Assembly (NCBI GenBank): GCA_040879645.1
Contig: JBBDJY010000016.1
Span: 11,064 to 75,063 of the forward strand
Source: Minisyncoccota bacterium
GTDB taxonomy: Bacteria > Patescibacteriota > Minisyncoccia > Phycocordibacterales > XYD1-FULL-46-19
Direction of reading: 5' to 3'
DNA: 64,000 bases
The translations under genes were made by a program, and so were the position numbers. This document shows, one piece after another, positions 29,747-40,976 of this stretch (position 1 is its first letter; each line of letters begins with the position of its first letter). The notes under the pieces are model-generated. The model was given only the letters and a program-made list of their open reading frames with translations. It was not told the origin of the DNA and did not search any database.

Positions 29747-32299
29747 ATGGCCAAGAAAGATAATTCAGAGGCAAAAAAAAGCCGTAAATATACGGCTGAT
29801 AATATTGTTGTTTTGGAAGGATTGGAACCGGTCCGCAAACGCCCGGGGATGTATATCGGCTCCACCGGTCCGGACGGACTGCATCACCTGTTGGTAGAGA
29901 TTTTTGATAATGCCCGAGACGAGGCGATGAACGGCTATGCCGACGAGATTGAGGTCGCCCTTCTGCCTGACGGGGCGGTGCGGGTAGTGGACAACGGTAA
30001 TGGGATTCCGGTAGAAATCCACAAAAAGACTAAAGTTTCCACCTTGGAAACGGTGATGACGGTATTGCATGCCGGCGGTAAATTTGGCGGTGACGGTTAC
30101 AAAATTTCCGGCGGTTTACACGGTGTCGGCGCCTCAGTCGTCAATGCTTTGTCGGAATACTTGGTGGCCGAAGTCCATCGCGACGGCGGTAAATTCAGTC
30201 AGGAGTACAAACAGGGAATTAAAAAAGCCAAAGTAAAAAAAGTCGCTTCGTCCAAACTTTCCGGCACGGTGATTACTTTCAAGCCCGACAAAACAATTTT
30301 TTCCGAAACCGAATATGATTGGCAACGGGTCGTCAGTCATTTGCGTGGTCAGGCTTATTTGGTCAAAGGTTTGCGGATCAGAGTAATCGATGCTCGGCTG
30401 GTGACCGAAAAAATCAATACCGACGATGTCTTTTTCTTGAGTGAATTGGGTTTGGAAGCACCGTCCCGGACTTTCTATTTTGAAGGCGGACTTTTGTCTT
30501 TTGTTAAATTTCAAAACCAAGACGAAAAACCGGTCCACAAAAATATTTTCTACGTGGAAAAAGAAGCGAGTGAGGTGACGGTCGAGATTGCCCTGCAGTA
30601 TATTGATGATATTTCTCCGCGAGAAATCAGCTATACCAATAATACGATCACCCCGGAAGGAGGGATGCACTTGACCGGTTTTCGTACCGCTTTGACCCGA
30701 ACCTTAAATGATTATGCGCGGAAGAATAATTTAATTAAAGACAAGGAAGAGAATTTTACCGGTGATGATGTCCGTGAGGGGATTGTCGTTGTTGTTTCGG
30801 TCAAGTTGCGCGATCCGCAATTTGAAGGCCAGACCAAAGCCAAATTGGGCAGTGTGGAAGCCCGCAGTGCCACCGATTCGGTTTTTGGTGAAGCCTTCTC
30901 GATGTTTTTAGAGGAACATCCGGAAGACGCCAAGCAAATTATCGGCAAAGTCACTTTGGCGCTTAAGGCCCGCAAGGCGGCCAAGGCGGCCAAGGATTCG
31001 GTTTTGCGCAAGGGGGCGTTGGAAGGCCTGACTTTGCCGGGAAAACTCGCTGACTGCCAAACCCGTGATGCCTCCGAATCGGAATTGTTTATCGTCGAAG
31101 GCGATTCGGCCGGTGGATGTTTTTTAGGTGATACGAAAGTAGCATTAACCGATGGCCGAGAAGTGTCTTTTAAGGAATTGGTAGAGGAAGATAAAGCCGG
31201 TAAACAAAATTATTGTTATACCATTTCTAATGATGGCCGAGTAGCGGTTGGTCAGATTAAGCATCCCCGTATTACCAAGAGAAATACCGAAGTTATTAAG
31301 GTTATTTTAGATAATGAAGCGGAAATTGAATGTACTCCTGATCATCGTTTTATGCTTCGTGACGGTAGTTTCCGTCAAGCCCGTGAGTTAAAACCCGATG
31401 ATTCTTTGATGCCTCTCTATCGAAAAGTTTCTGAAAAAGGCGGACGAATCACTATTGCCGGATATGAAATGGTTATGAGTCCCGGTCTTAACCACCGAGT
31501 CAAGGCCGTGATAGCTGAGAATAAATTTGCTGATGTTTACGATATCGAAGTGCCGGGGACTCATAATTTTGCTTTAGCCGGCGGAGTTTTTGTTCATAAT
31601 TCAAGTAAACAAGGTCGGGATCGGCGGACGCAGGCGATTTTGCCGTTGCGGGGGAAGATTTTAAATGTTGAACGGGCGCGCTTGGACAAGATGCTTGCCT
31701 CGAAAGAAATCAAATCGCTGGTTATCGCCATTGGGGCGGCGATTGGCGATACTTTTAATATTGCCAAATTACGCTATCACAAGATTATCATCGCCACTGA
31801 CGCTGATGTGGACGGCGCGCACATTCGAACATTACTCTTGACCCTCTTTTACCGCTATTATAAGCCCTTGATTGAAGGTGGTTTTATCTATGTTGCTCAA
31901 CCACCGCTTTATAAAATCAAGAAAGGCAAAACGGTGGAATACGCCTATACCGAAGAAGGTAAAAGTCAAATTATTAAAAAACTTGGTGCCAATCCGGCGA
32001 TTGAAATGGAGGTGGCCGATGAGAGTGATGGCGAAATTGAAATAACCGAAGATGAAGCGGAAGAAAAAGCCGCCAAATCATCGAAAATCGGTCTCCAGCG
32101 CTACAAGGGTCTGGGTGAAATGAATCCGGAAGAACTATGGGAGACAACGATGAATCCCGACAGTCGAGTCTTAAAACAAGTAACCATCAATGAAGCCGAA
32201 GAGGCCGACAAAACTTTTGATGTTTTAATGGGTAATGAGGTTGAACCGCGCCGGTTGTTTATTCAAACCCATGCCAAGTTGGCCAAGGTGGATGTTTAA
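29747..32299 (+). CDS. gyrB: DNA gyrase subunit B, intein-containing
   Basis: VRKRPGMYIG, LHAGGKF, GGLHGVG, FEGQTK, PGKLADC, EGDSAGG, PLRGKILN, TDADVDGAHI, RYKGLGEMN. Confidence 0.96.
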   Translation: MAKKDNSEAKKSRKYTADNIVVLEGLEPVRKRPGMYIGSTGPDGLHHLLVEIFDNARDEAMNGYADEIEVALLPDGAVRVVDNGNGIPVEIHKKTKVSTLETVMTVLHAGGKFGGDGYKISGGLHGVGASVVNALSEYLVAEVHRDGGKFSQEYKQGIKKAKVKKVASSKLSGTVITFKPDKTIFSETEYDWQRVVSHLRGQAYLVKGLRIRVIDARLVTEKINTDDVFFLSELGLEAPSRTFYFEGGLLSFVKFQNQDEKPVHKNIFYVEKEASEVTVEIALQYIDDISPREISYTNNTITPEGGMHLTGFRTALTRTLNDYARKNNLIKDKEENFTGDDVREGIVVVVSVKLRDPQFEGQTKAKLGSVEARSATDSVFGEAFSMFLEEHPEDAKQIIGKVTLALKARKAAKAAKDSVLRKGALEGLTLPGKLADCQTRDASESELFIVEGDSAGGCFLGDTKVALTDGREVSFKELVEEDKAGKQNYCYTISNDGRVAVGQIKHPRITKRNTEVIKVILDNEAEIECTPDHRFMLRDGSFRQARELKPDDSLMPLYRKVSEKGGRITIAGYEMVMSPGLNHRVKAVIAENKFADVYDIEVPGTHNFALAGGVFVHNSSKQGRDRRTQAILPLRGKILNVERARLDKMLASKEIKSLVIAIGAAIGDTFNIAKLRYHKIIIATDADVDGAHIRTLLLTLFYRYYKPLIEGGFIYVAQPPLYKIKKGKTVEYAYTEEGKSQIIKKLGANPAIEMEVADESDGEIEITEDEAEEKAAKSSKIGLQRYKGLGEMNPEELWETTMNPDSRVLKQVTINEAEEADKTFDVLMGNEVEPRRLFIQTHAKLAKVDV
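31118..31600 (+). mobile_element. Mini-intein (161 aa) in GyrB
   Basis: EGDSAGG|CFLGDTKV...CTPDHRF...VYDIEVPGTHNFALAGGVFVHN|SSKQG: C1, TxxH block B, terminal HN, Ser+1. Confidence 0.95.
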
Positions 32300-32343
32300 C
32301 TCCCTTGATTAAGGATAAAAATTAATGTTACCATCGGAACAAT

Positions 32344-32544
32344 ATGACTACACAAGAATTAGAAAAATTAAACAGATTAGAAAAAGAAGTAAAAGTCCTA
32401 AAAACTTTAGTGGCTAATATCGTGCCTTTTGATAATGAGGGAGAGTATAAAAAATCTTTTGAAAATGAGATGAAGAAACTTTCAAAAGAAAAGACCATTT
32501 TCGAATATTCCGAAAAAGGAAGCTTAATTAAAAATCTTGCTTAA
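32344..32544 (+). CDS. Putative antitoxin
   Basis: 66-aa ORF abutting a RelE-like gene; D.EGEYK.SF segment. Confidence 0.6.
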   Translation: MTTQELEKLNRLEKEVKVLKTLVANIVPFDNEGEYKKSFENEMKKLSKEKTIFEYSEKGSLIKNLA

Positions 32545-32814
32545 ATGTATCGGATTTTATTTACAGCTAAATCAATCAAGTCGCTAAAAAAACTTCCTAA
32601 ATCCATTCAAGCGAAAACCGATTTATTAGTTGATATTCTGATTATTGATTATCGAGATAATCGGCTAAAGGCCAAAAAATTAAATACTAATCAATCATTA
32701 TTTTCTTTTAGAGTAACAAAAGACTATAGAGTGGTTTTTATGTTTGCAAATAGCTCAACTATTAAAGTTTTAGATATTAAACATCGGAAAGATATCTATA
32801 AAAAATTAAAATAA
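32545..32814 (+). CDS. RelE/ParE-family toxin
   Basis: YRILFT...KSLKKLP, FSFRVTKDYRVVF, DIKHRKDIYK. Confidence 0.85.
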   Translation: MYRILFTAKSIKSLKKLPKSIQAKTDLLVDILIIDYRDNRLKAKKLNTNQSLFSFRVTKDYRVVFMFANSSTIKVLDIKHRKDIYKKLK

Positions 32815-32828
32815 ATAGAAGGCAAGAG

Positions 32829-34583
32829 TTAGTCCTCAGTTTCTATTTTATCTAAAAATTCAGCCAAAGTCATTTGGGTGCTTTGGCCCGAATCACGGTC
32901 TTCGACGGTGATTTTTTTGTCAGTCATTTCTTTGTCGCCCAAGACGAATAAGTAGGGGACTTTTTGCATTTTGGCGGTGCGGATTTTTTTGCCTAAAGTG
33001 TCATTATTTTCGTCCAATTCAATTCGGACATTTTTTTCGCGCAATTGAGCGGCAATTTCTTTGGCGTAATCCGAATGTTTGTCGCCAATAGGGATGATTT
33101 TTACCTGAATCGGTGATAGCCAAAAAGGGAAAGCCCCGGCAAAATGTTCAATCATAATGGCCATAAAGCGTTCGAGCGAACCGGCAATGGCCCGGTGGAT
33201 CATTACTGGCCGTTCCTCTTTACCGTCCGGTCCGACATAGGTCAGATCGAATCGTTCGGGCATGACAAAGTCCAATTGGGCGGTAGCCAATTGCCGTTCG
33301 CGACCCAAAGAATCTTTAAACATAAAATCAAGTTTCGGGCCGTAAAAAGCGGCTTCACCTTCCACTCGTTTAAAATCCAATTTGGCGTGGCGGGCGGCAT
33401 TTTCAAGTATTTTTTCGGCTTGGTCCCAAATTTTTTCTTCGCCCAGATAATCGGTTAATTTTTTACTGTCGCGGACCGACAATGAGACCCAGTAATTACC
33501 TTCTCGGAACATACCGAGAGTGGAATAAAATTCTTTAATGACGGTGATAATATTACCGATTTCGTTTTCAATTTGGTCAAAAGTACAGAAAACATGGCCG
33601 TCGTCTTGAGTAATACTTCTGACTCGGGCCAAGCCTAAAAGTTCCCCGGCTTGTTCGTCGCGATAGACCATTGTCGTTTCGGCAAAGCGAATCGGCAATT
33701 CTTTGTAACTGCGCATTTTGCCGGCATAGATTTGAGTGTGATGCGGGCAGTTCATCGGCTTCATCACAAATTCCGTTTCCGACATTCCGGTAACTCGGAA
33801 TAAATCGTCTTTGAATTTTTCCCAGTGGCCGGAAGTTTCGTAGAGATCTTTTTTGGTGATATGAGGAATGGTGACTTGTTCATAGCCAAAGCGGGATTGC
33901 AGTGTGTTGATCTTGTCCATAATCAGATTACGCATCAAGGTGCCTTTGGGTGTGAATAAAGGCAAGCCGGAGCCGACCAAATCGGAAAAGGTGAATAAGT
34001 CCAATTCTTTACCCAATTTGCGATGGTCGCGTTTTTCGGCTTCGGCCCGGTGGCTAATGAATTGTTCCAATTCTTGTTTATCGGCAAAAGCCAAACCATA
34101 GATGCGGATCAGCATTTTATTTTTTTCATCTCCGCGCCAGTAAGCGCCGGCGACGCGCTCCAATTTGAAACTGTCGGGCGGTATGGTTGCCAGATCATCA
34201 ATGTGGCCACCGGCACAAAGATCGATAAAAGCATGTTCCATTGGTCCGGATTCATAGGTCGTTAAAACTTGGCCGGTGGCGGTTAATTCTTCAATCAATT
34301 CCAGTTTATAGGGATTATCGCGATAGATATTTCGGGCTTGTTCGGGGGTCAGTTCTTGTCGGCGGAAATCATGCCAAGTCGGCAGAAGTTTTTTCATTTC
34401 TTGTTCAATCCGTGGCAGGTCTTTGTCGGAAATGGTTTTGGGTAGATCAAAGTCGTAATAAAAACCGGTGTCAATGGCCGGACCGATGGCCAACTTGGCC
34501 TCCGGATAGAGGTTTAGGACGGCGGCCGCCAGTAGATGAGCGAGGGAATGGCGACGGGCTTCCAAGTCATTTTGTTTATTCAT
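32829..34583 (-). CDS. thrS: Threonine-tRNA ligase (no TGS domain)
   Basis: RHSLAHLLA, DLCAGGH, RDHRKLG, KPMNCPHH, GEAAFYGPK, MIHRAI.GS.ERF. Confidence 0.97.
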   Translation of the reverse strand: MNKQNDLEARRHSLAHLLAAAVLNLYPEAKLAIGPAIDTGFYYDFDLPKTISDKDLPRIEQEMKKLLPTWHDFRRQELTPEQARNIYRDNPYKLELIEELTATGQVLTTYESGPMEHAFIDLCAGGHIDDLATIPPDSFKLERVAGAYWRGDEKNKMLIRIYGLAFADKQELEQFISHRAEAEKRDHRKLGKELDLFTFSDLVGSGLPLFTPKGTLMRNLIMDKINTLQSRFGYEQVTIPHITKKDLYETSGHWEKFKDDLFRVTGMSETEFVMKPMNCPHHTQIYAGKMRSYKELPIRFAETTMVYRDEQAGELLGLARVRSITQDDGHVFCTFDQIENEIGNIITVIKEFYSTLGMFREGNYWVSLSVRDSKKLTDYLGEEKIWDQAEKILENAARHAKLDFKRVEGEAAFYGPKLDFMFKDSLGRERQLATAQLDFVMPERFDLTYVGPDGKEERPVMIHRAIAGSLERFMAIMIEHFAGAFPFWLSPIQVKIIPIGDKHSDYAKEIAAQLREKNVRIELDENNDTLGKKIRTAKMQKVPYLFVLGDKEMTDKKITVEDRDSGQSTQMTLAEFLDKIETED

Positions 34584-34624
34584 AGGCCAATAATAGCAAG
34601 ATTTTTTGCTTTAGCCAAAGGGTG

Positions 34625-35399
34625 TTCTTAGTCGAGGTTGAACCTCGACTAAGAAGTTATTATAATTTAACATAACATGAGCCGAAATTTTTCTTTCTCT
34701 ATTGATGAGTTCTATCACCTGTATAATCGTGGTAACGATAAGAGGGATATTTTTCTTGATTATCTAGATAGGGAGAGATTTTTAAAATTACTCTATCTTT
34801 GTAATGGTAAAAATGAATTTCATATTCAAAAAATTCTTGACGAGGAACTTTTTTATTTTAATCGAGGTGAGTCTATCGTTGATATTGGAGCTTATTGTTT
34901 GATGGATAATCATTATCATTTATTGGTTAAAGAAAAGATGGAAAATGGCATCAGTCTTTTTATGCAACGATTATCAACGGCATATTCTATGTATTTTAAT
35001 AAAAAACACGATAGAACAGGCGCTTTGTTTGCCGGTCGTTTTAAGGCCAAACATCTTGATGACGATGACTATTTAAAGTATATTTTTGCTTATATTCATT
35101 TAAATCCGATTAAAATAGTTGATGATTTTAGTTGGAAATCCGGAATAGTAAATGATCTGGAAAAGATTAAAAAACATTTGAGCGATTATCGTTATTCGAG
35201 TTACCAAGATTATCTGGAGATCAATCGAGCAGAAACAAGAATCCTGAATAAAGAATCCTTTCCGGAATATTTTGATGATGTTGAAGATTTTAAAAATTAT
35301 CTAGATGATTGGATCAATTACCGAAGAGAAGAATTAGTCGAGGTTGAACCTCGACCAACAAAGGGTCATTCAATCAACAGTCGAGGTTCAACCTCGACT
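34625..35399 (+). mobile_element. RAYT-2 locus flanked by REP family A palindromes
   Basis: Perfect ttcttagtcgaggtt-g-aacctcgactaagaa at 34625..34655; copies at 35337..35355 and 35379..35399. Confidence 0.88.
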
Positions 35400-35423
35400 A
35401 GAGTTCTTTCGCTGATTCGATAA
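34677..35423 (+). CDS. REP-associated tyrosine transposase (Y1/IS200-like HUH), RAYT-2
   Basis: YHLYNRG.DKR.IF...[44 protein letters not shown]; AT-rich. Confidence 0.92.
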   Translation: MSRNFSFSIDEFYHLYNRGNDKRDIFLDYLDRERFLKLLYLCNGKNEFHIQKILDEELFYFNRGESIVDIGAYCLMDNHYHLLVKEKMENGISLFMQRLSTAYSMYFNKKHDRTGALFAGRFKAKHLDDDDYLKYIFAYIHLNPIKIVDDFSWKSGIVNDLEKIKKHLSDYRYSSYQDYLEINRAETRILNKESFPEYFDDVEDFKNYLDDWINYRREELVEVEPRPTKGHSINSRGSTSTRVLSLIR

Positions 35424-38400
35424 TTAAACTGGGTTCATTATTACGATAAGAGATGCGGCCGCGGAGGGCGACGCATTTTTCCGGCAGTAAAATGTCTTTA
35501 AGTTTGGTGTAGGAACGAGCAAAACAAACGGTTTCTATTTGTCCGGAATAGTCGGCCAGGCGGATAAAGGCCATTAAATCGCCCTTTTTGGAATAAATGG
35601 TTTTGACTTCTTCAATAATACCGCCGATAGTGGCAGTGGCGCCGTCCGGTAAAGTTCGATTGTAATTGATGGTGTTTTCGTTTTTGGTAAATTTATCTTT
35701 AACTCGGTCCAAGGGATGGCCGGAGACATAAAGACCAAGCAATTCTTTTTCCCAAGCAAGAATTTCCGTCAAATCAACTGCCGGGCCGGTTTTTAACTTA
35801 AAAGCCGGCATGCCCGCTTCTTCGGCAATATCGCCAAATAGTGAGTCTTGAGCCGAATCGGCGTTTATTTTTTCCCGATGATAGGCCAAGGCCTCTTCAA
35901 TGTTGTGCAAGAGATCGCCGCGAGTTTGACCGAGATTGTCCAAAGCACCGGCTTTAATTAACGCTTCCAGTGATTTTCGGTTTAAGTTTTTGTGAGTGAT
36001 GCGACCCAGGAAATCGGGATAAGAGCGGTAAGGCCCGCCGGCTTTTCTTTCGGCGACAATCGCTTCGGCAATATCACCGCCTAAGTTTTTGATTGTTTGC
36101 AGGCCAAAGCGGATTTCGTCTCGGTCGGCTCCTTTAGTGACGGTGAAATCACCAAAGCTTTGATTGACATCCGGTGGCAAAACCGGAATATCCATTCGTC
36201 GACATTCGGTGATAATTTCGGCAATTTTTTCAGTGTCGCCCGATTCAGCCGACAGGACGGCGGTCATAAATTCGGCCGGATAATTGGCTTTCATATAGGC
36301 GGTTTGATAGGCGACTCGGCCATAACTGGCGGCATGGGCTTTATTAAAAGCGTAAGCGGCGAAGGGTTTGATGCGATTCCAGAGATCTTCGGCGGTTTTT
36401 TTGTCGATATGGTTTTTGACACAGCCGGATTTGAATTTTTCTTCTTGTTCGGCCATCAGTTTCGGGATTTTTTTACCCATCGCTTTGCGGAATTTATCGG
36501 CATCCAGCCAAGAATAGCCGGCCAATTTGATGGCGGTAATCATCACATCCTCTTGGTAGATAAGTAGGCCGAAACTGCGGCGGAGATCTTCCTTAAGGGC
36601 CGGATGAGGATAATCGACGGTATGAGGATTATGTTTGCGTTTGATGTATTCGGGGATAAATTCCATTGGTCCGGGGCGATAGAGAGCGACCATAGCGTTA
36701 ATATCGTCAATGTTGGTCGGTTTCAATTCTTTTAACCAGCGAGTCATGCCGGCGCCGTTTAATTGGAACAGTCCTTCGGTTTCGCCCCGAGCCAAAAGCC
36801 GAAAAGCTTTTTTGTCGTCTAGAGGAATATCGTCGATGTCAACTTTTTTCTGTCTGATTTTTTCCGCCAAACTGACGGCATCGTTTAAGATGGCAAGATT
36901 TTTCAAGCCGAGAAAGTCAAACTTGGTTAGACCGATGCCGTCTTCGCCGACCGAATACATATCATATTGGGTAATGATGCTCTGACCTTTTGGGTCATAT
37001 TGAACCGGCACATAGTGATCCAAGGTTTGCGGAGCGATAACGACACCGGCGGCGTGAACGGAAATATGCCGAGCCGAACCCTCGATTTTTTTAGCCAAGT
37101 CAATGATTTGCTTGACTTCCGCTTCTTCGGCATACATTTTTTTTAATTCCGGTTCCATTTTTAAGGCGCGGTCAATGGTCATGGCAAAACCCTGTGAACC
37201 AAGTGGGATCAATTTGGCAATTCGGTCACCGGTGGCATAAGGGAAACCCAAAGCCCGGGCGACATCACGGACCGAACCGCGAGCCATCATTGTGCCGAAA
37301 GTTCCAATTTGGGCGACCTTATCTTCGCCGTATTTGACTTTGGCGTATTTGATGATTTCATCTCGTCGATTATCGGCAAAGTCCATATCAATATCCGGCG
37401 CCGATGGGCGGTCGGGATTTAGAAAGCGTTCAAAGGGGATTTGATATTCGAGCGGATCAAGTTTAGTAATATCTAAAGAGTAAGTGGTGATTGAACCGGC
37501 GACCGAACCGCGAATATTGTAAAAAATGTTATTCTCCCTGGCAAAGCGAATCAAATCCTCTACCACCAGAAAATAAGATGAATAACCCTTTAATTTGATG
37601 ATATTTAATTCATAATCCAGGCGTTCGTGGGCCGCTTGGTTGTCACCCAGTCCTTTTTTGATCAAACCGGCCAGACTTAAATCGCGTAACAGCGTGTCGG
37701 CATCGGAGCCGGCCGGCAATTCAAAATTGGGGAAAATAAATTCGCCCAAAGTAATATCCACTTGGCAACGATCGGCAATCCGCCCGGTATTTTTAACCGC
37801 CTCGGGAAAATCACGGTAAATGGTTTCGGCCCGGTCGGGACTGATAAAAGAATAATCGCCGTTTTTCATCGACATTTCGCTTTGACCGACTTCATGGCCG
37901 GTATTGATGGCCACTAAAGTATCGTGAGCCTCGGCATCAGCCGGATCAATATAATGGGAATCCCAAGTGGCGACTAACGGTAAGTTAAATTCGCCGGCCA
38001 GAGTTTTTAAGTGCCGGCCGATGCGGTCAATGTCGGGGACTTCTTCATGGCGCATTACTTCCAAAAAATAATTATTCGGACCGAAAATAGCCAAAAATTC
38101 TTTAACGATGGCCCGTCCGCGGTCTAAATCATCGGCGGCCAAAGCCCGAGACAATTCGCCACCCGGACAACCGGACAGGCAAATCAAGCCCTCGGCATGT
38201 TCGGCGAGGATGTCTTTGTCAATCCGCGGTTTGTAATAAAAGCCCTCGAGGTTGGCTTTGGTTGTCAAGCGGATAAGGTTGCGATAACCTTCATTATTTT
38301 CGGCCAACAGCGTCAGGTGATAACGGCGAGCATCAATGCCGGATTCTTTATCTTGCCGACCACGGACGGCGACATAGGCCTCAACGCCGAGAATTGGTTT

Positions 38401-38577
38401 AATGTCGGCTTGGTGGCATTTTTGATAGAATTCAATCAGGCCGTACATATTACCGTGATCGGTCAGGGCAATGGCCGGCATATTAAATTCCTTGGCTTTA
38501 GCCACTAATTCGCTGATTTTAGACAGACCGTCAAGTAGACTGTAATGGCTATGAGTATGGAGGTGAACAAATGACAT
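35398..38577 (-). CDS. dnaE: DNA polymerase III alpha subunit
   Basis: [34 protein letters not shown]...[22 protein letters not shown]. Confidence 0.97.
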   Translation of the reverse strand: MSFVHLHTHSHYSLLDGLSKISELVAKAKEFNMPAIALTDHGNMYGLIEFYQKCHQADIKPILGVEAYVAVRGRQDKESGIDARRYHLTLLAENNEGYRNLIRLTTKANLEGFYYKPRIDKDILAEHAEGLICLSGCPGGELSRALAADDLDRGRAIVKEFLAIFGPNNYFLEVMRHEEVPDIDRIGRHLKTLAGEFNLPLVATWDSHYIDPADAEAHDTLVAINTGHEVGQSEMSMKNGDYSFISPDRAETIYRDFPEAVKNTGRIADRCQVDITLGEFIFPNFELPAGSDADTLLRDLSLAGLIKKGLGDNQAAHERLDYELNIIKLKGYSSYFLVVEDLIRFARENNIFYNIRGSVAGSITTYSLDITKLDPLEYQIPFERFLNPDRPSAPDIDMDFADNRRDEIIKYAKVKYGEDKVAQIGTFGTMMARGSVRDVARALGFPYATGDRIAKLIPLGSQGFAMTIDRALKMEPELKKMYAEEAEVKQIIDLAKKIEGSARHISVHAAGVVIAPQTLDHYVPVQYDPKGQSIITQYDMYSVGEDGIGLTKFDFLGLKNLAILNDAVSLAEKIRQKKVDIDDIPLDDKKAFRLLARGETEGLFQLNGAGMTRWLKELKPTNIDDINAMVALYRPGPMEFIPEYIKRKHNPHTVDYPHPALKEDLRRSFGLLIYQEDVMITAIKLAGYSWLDADKFRKAMGKKIPKLMAEQEEKFKSGCVKNHIDKKTAEDLWNRIKPFAAYAFNKAHAASYGRVAYQTAYMKANYPAEFMTAVLSAESGDTEKIAEIITECRRMDIPVLPPDVNQSFGDFTVTKGADRDEIRFGLQTIKNLGGDIAEAIVAERKAGGPYRSYPDFLGRITHKNLNRKSLEALIKAGALDNLGQTRGDLLHNIEEALAYHREKINADSAQDSLFGDIAEEAGMPAFKLKTGPAVDLTEILAWEKELLGLYVSGHPLDRVKDKFTKNENTINYNRTLPDGATATIGGIIEEVKTIYSKKGDLMAFIRLADYSGQIETVCFARSYTKLKDILLPEKCVALRGRISYRNNEPSLIIESAKEL

Positions 38578-38797
38578 GGGGGTATTATAGCAAAAAACCA
38601 CTTTGCCTGCAGATCAAGTGTTATTAGGTTAAAACATTATTATAATCACTCTTTATTTGCAATCCCTTTTTCTAAAGATATTGCCTACCTAAGGTAGTCA
38701 ATGGAGTTAAAATTTGTTTCATTGAGATTACTATTGATTACTTGATAATTTTGTTGTAGGATTAAAGTAGAAAACACTCTGAAAGGAGGTGATAATT

Positions 38798-39817
38798 GTG
38801 TCTTTGAAAAAAGAAACTGTGTTGAAGATGTTGAATCTTTTTGGTAATCAGCCGGAGATTTTATCTCTTCTTCCCGAACCCGACCGAACTTATGAATTGG
38901 TGGCTTGGATAAAGTCTATCCAAGTAGACGGGGATTGTCAGACTTGGACGATCGAAGAATACAGGCAAGCGGCTCTTTTGTTATTCGAGCCTAAGCGATC
39001 GGAAATGTTGATGATGATCCTTGCCAAATCTGTTGAAGAGGAGAAACTGAGAACAGTCATCTTGCTGGCGGAACCTGAGCGGTCCAATCAACTGGATGTC
39101 ATTTTAGAAAAGCAAATTGACTGGAGTGACTTTGTAAACACGACTTCGGAGACTTTAACTTTAATGGTCAAACCTAGTCGTTGCGTGGGTTTGGTCAAGT
39201 TGTTTAGGAGATGTTTGGACGAAGGGCAATTTAACTTGGCCGAACAAGCGGCCAAGTTGATTCCTGAAGCCGAGCGTCTCAAAATCTCCGAGATGATCTT
39301 GGAGGCTTGGATGATCTTGGATAGGCCGAAAAGCGGTTTCGAGATTACCGCTTCGATGGTCTCTGTCCTTTTTGCTCACACTTGTCGGTCTGGGTTCGAG
39401 GCCGAGGCTTTGGAAGAAAAGATTTTAGCCAAGCAGATCTCCGAGGGACAATTTAATCATGCCCTTAAGACGGTTGAGCTCATCAACCAACTTGATTCGA
39501 CCGAAGGCCCTGGGCGTGTCTTGGCTGAAGAGGAGTGGATTGTCATTCTCAAAGCAAGATTAGAGAAAGGTGAAGATGTCGACAAGGTTATTGTGATGAT
39601 TTCTGAACCTACCTTACCCACGGCTTTGATGGAGGTTTTGGCCACGCAGATAGAGAATGGTAATCTGGCTAAAGCCCAGACGGTGGTCAGTCTACTCGGT
39701 CGAGCTTTGACCGAAAAAGAAATGGAACGGATCTTTGAGGTTCAGTTCAATAACGGCTTAGAGGGCGTCAGAAAAACAGCCCAAATTCTTCTCGATCTTC
39801 AAAAGCCTGTGGCTTGA
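38798..39817 (+). CDS. Hypothetical alpha-helical repeat protein
   Basis: SD AAGGAGGTG then GTG 38798; recurring xxxI/LxEGxxxxA...LxExE units; own terminator. Confidence 0.7.
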   Translation: MSLKKETVLKMLNLFGNQPEILSLLPEPDRTYELVAWIKSIQVDGDCQTWTIEEYRQAALLLFEPKRSEMLMMILAKSVEEEKLRTVILLAEPERSNQLDVILEKQIDWSDFVNTTSETLTLMVKPSRCVGLVKLFRRCLDEGQFNLAEQAAKLIPEAERLKISEMILEAWMILDRPKSGFEITASMVSVLFAHTCRSGFEAEALEEKILAKQISEGQFNHALKTVELINQLDSTEGPGRVLAEEEWIVILKARLEKGEDVDKVIVMISEPTLPTALMEVLATQIENGNLAKAQTVVSLLGRALTEKEMERIFEVQFNNGLEGVRKTAQILLDLQKPVA

Positions 39818-39844
39818 TAAGAAGGTTGGATTGTTCTTTACTCT

Positions 39845-39878
39845 ACCGCTTACGATTTTAGAATCGTAAGCGGTTTTT
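39845..39878 (+). terminator. Intrinsic terminator
   Basis: accgcttacgatt...aatcgtaagcggt followed by tttt. Confidence 0.75.
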
Positions 39879-39926
39879 AATTGCCTAGTTTTATTATAAA
39901 ACCATCTGCGCGTATAATAGGCGGAT

Positions 39927-40526
39927 ATGGTAGTTGTAAAACAAAGAGAGCAATTTTTGATTGGTATTGACGAAGCCGGCCGCGGACCGCTGGCTGGACC
40001 GGTAGTGGTTGGTGGTGTAAAAATCCGGTCGGCGGTCTTGGCCGGTTTGCCGCCGATTCGCGATTCTAAAAAATTGACGGCCAAAGAAAGAGAAAACTGG
40101 TTTATTTGGCTTAAAAAAGAGAATAAAAACGGTAATTTATTTTTTGCTTTTAGTTTGGCGGGCCACCGCTTGATTGACCGGCGGGGAATTGTTTATTGTC
40201 TTGATTTGGCGGTTAGTCGAATTTTGCAAAAAATACCCGTCAAGCAAGCGGATAAGATATTACTTGACGGTAATTTGCGCGCGCCGGCCGGTTATAAAAA
40301 TCAGCAAACAATTATTCGGGGCGATGAGACCGAAGGGGCGATTGCCTTGGCTTCCATTGTGGCCAAGGTCACCCGCGACCGTTTAATGACCCGATTAGAC
40401 AAAAAATATCCACCATACGGTTTTGCCACTCACAAGGGTTATGCCACCGAAAACCATTATTTGGCTTTGTTGCAATACGGCCGTTCGGCCATCCATCGTC
40501 GGAGTTTTACCCGCTTTCTGGATTGA
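39927..40526 (+). CDS. rnhB: Ribonuclease HII
   Basis: IGIDEAGRGPLAGPVV, DSKKL, ASIVAKVTRD, HKGYAT, HRRSF. Confidence 0.97.
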   Translation: MVVVKQREQFLIGIDEAGRGPLAGPVVVGGVKIRSAVLAGLPPIRDSKKLTAKERENWFIWLKKENKNGNLFFAFSLAGHRLIDRRGIVYCLDLAVSRILQKIPVKQADKILLDGNLRAPAGYKNQQTIIRGDETEGAIALASIVAKVTRDRLMTRLDKKYPPYGFATHKGYATENHYLALLQYGRSAIHRRSFTRFLD

Positions 40527-40553
40527 TTTTGTCAAGGTGACACCTTGACAAAA
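40527..40553. repeat. REP family C palindrome
   Basis: ttttgtcaaggtg-a-caccttgacaaaa immediately after the rnhB stop. Confidence 0.9.
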
Positions 40554-40654
40554 GATTGGTTATTTTTAACGGTCGAGATGTCAATCCAATGCTTTCCTTG
40601 AAGTGTCCCTAAAAAGTATTGCCAATTATTCGTTTTTCGGCTATAGTACTCTTT

Positions 40655-40894
40655 ATGTCCGTACGCATGCGACACACTAAAGCTCATACCGGCAATCGCC
40701 GCAGTCATCACGGCCTCAAGGGCCCGCGGCTTTCGGCGTGTGCCAAGTGTAGCGAAATGCATTTGCGGCACCGTTTGTGTGGCAATTGCGGTAATTATCG
40801 GGGCAAAGAAGTAGTGGATGTGATGACCCGCTTGTCCAAAAAAGATAAAAAGAACAAGGAGAAAGATCTGCGGAAACAAAATTCCGGCGCTTAA
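40655..40894 (+). CDS. rpmF: 50S ribosomal protein L32
   Basis: RRSHH, CAKC...HRLCGNCGNYRGKEV. Confidence 0.93.
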   Translation: MSVRMRHTKAHTGNRRSHHGLKGPRLSACAKCSEMHLRHRLCGNCGNYRGKEVVDVMTRLSKKDKKNKEKDLRKQNSGA

Positions 40895-40976
40895 TTCCGA
40901 TTTTTTCGCTTCGTTCTTTTTAGTCGGCGGTTTGATCGTCGAGATGGATTTTTGAAAATCACCCAGTATAAGATCA

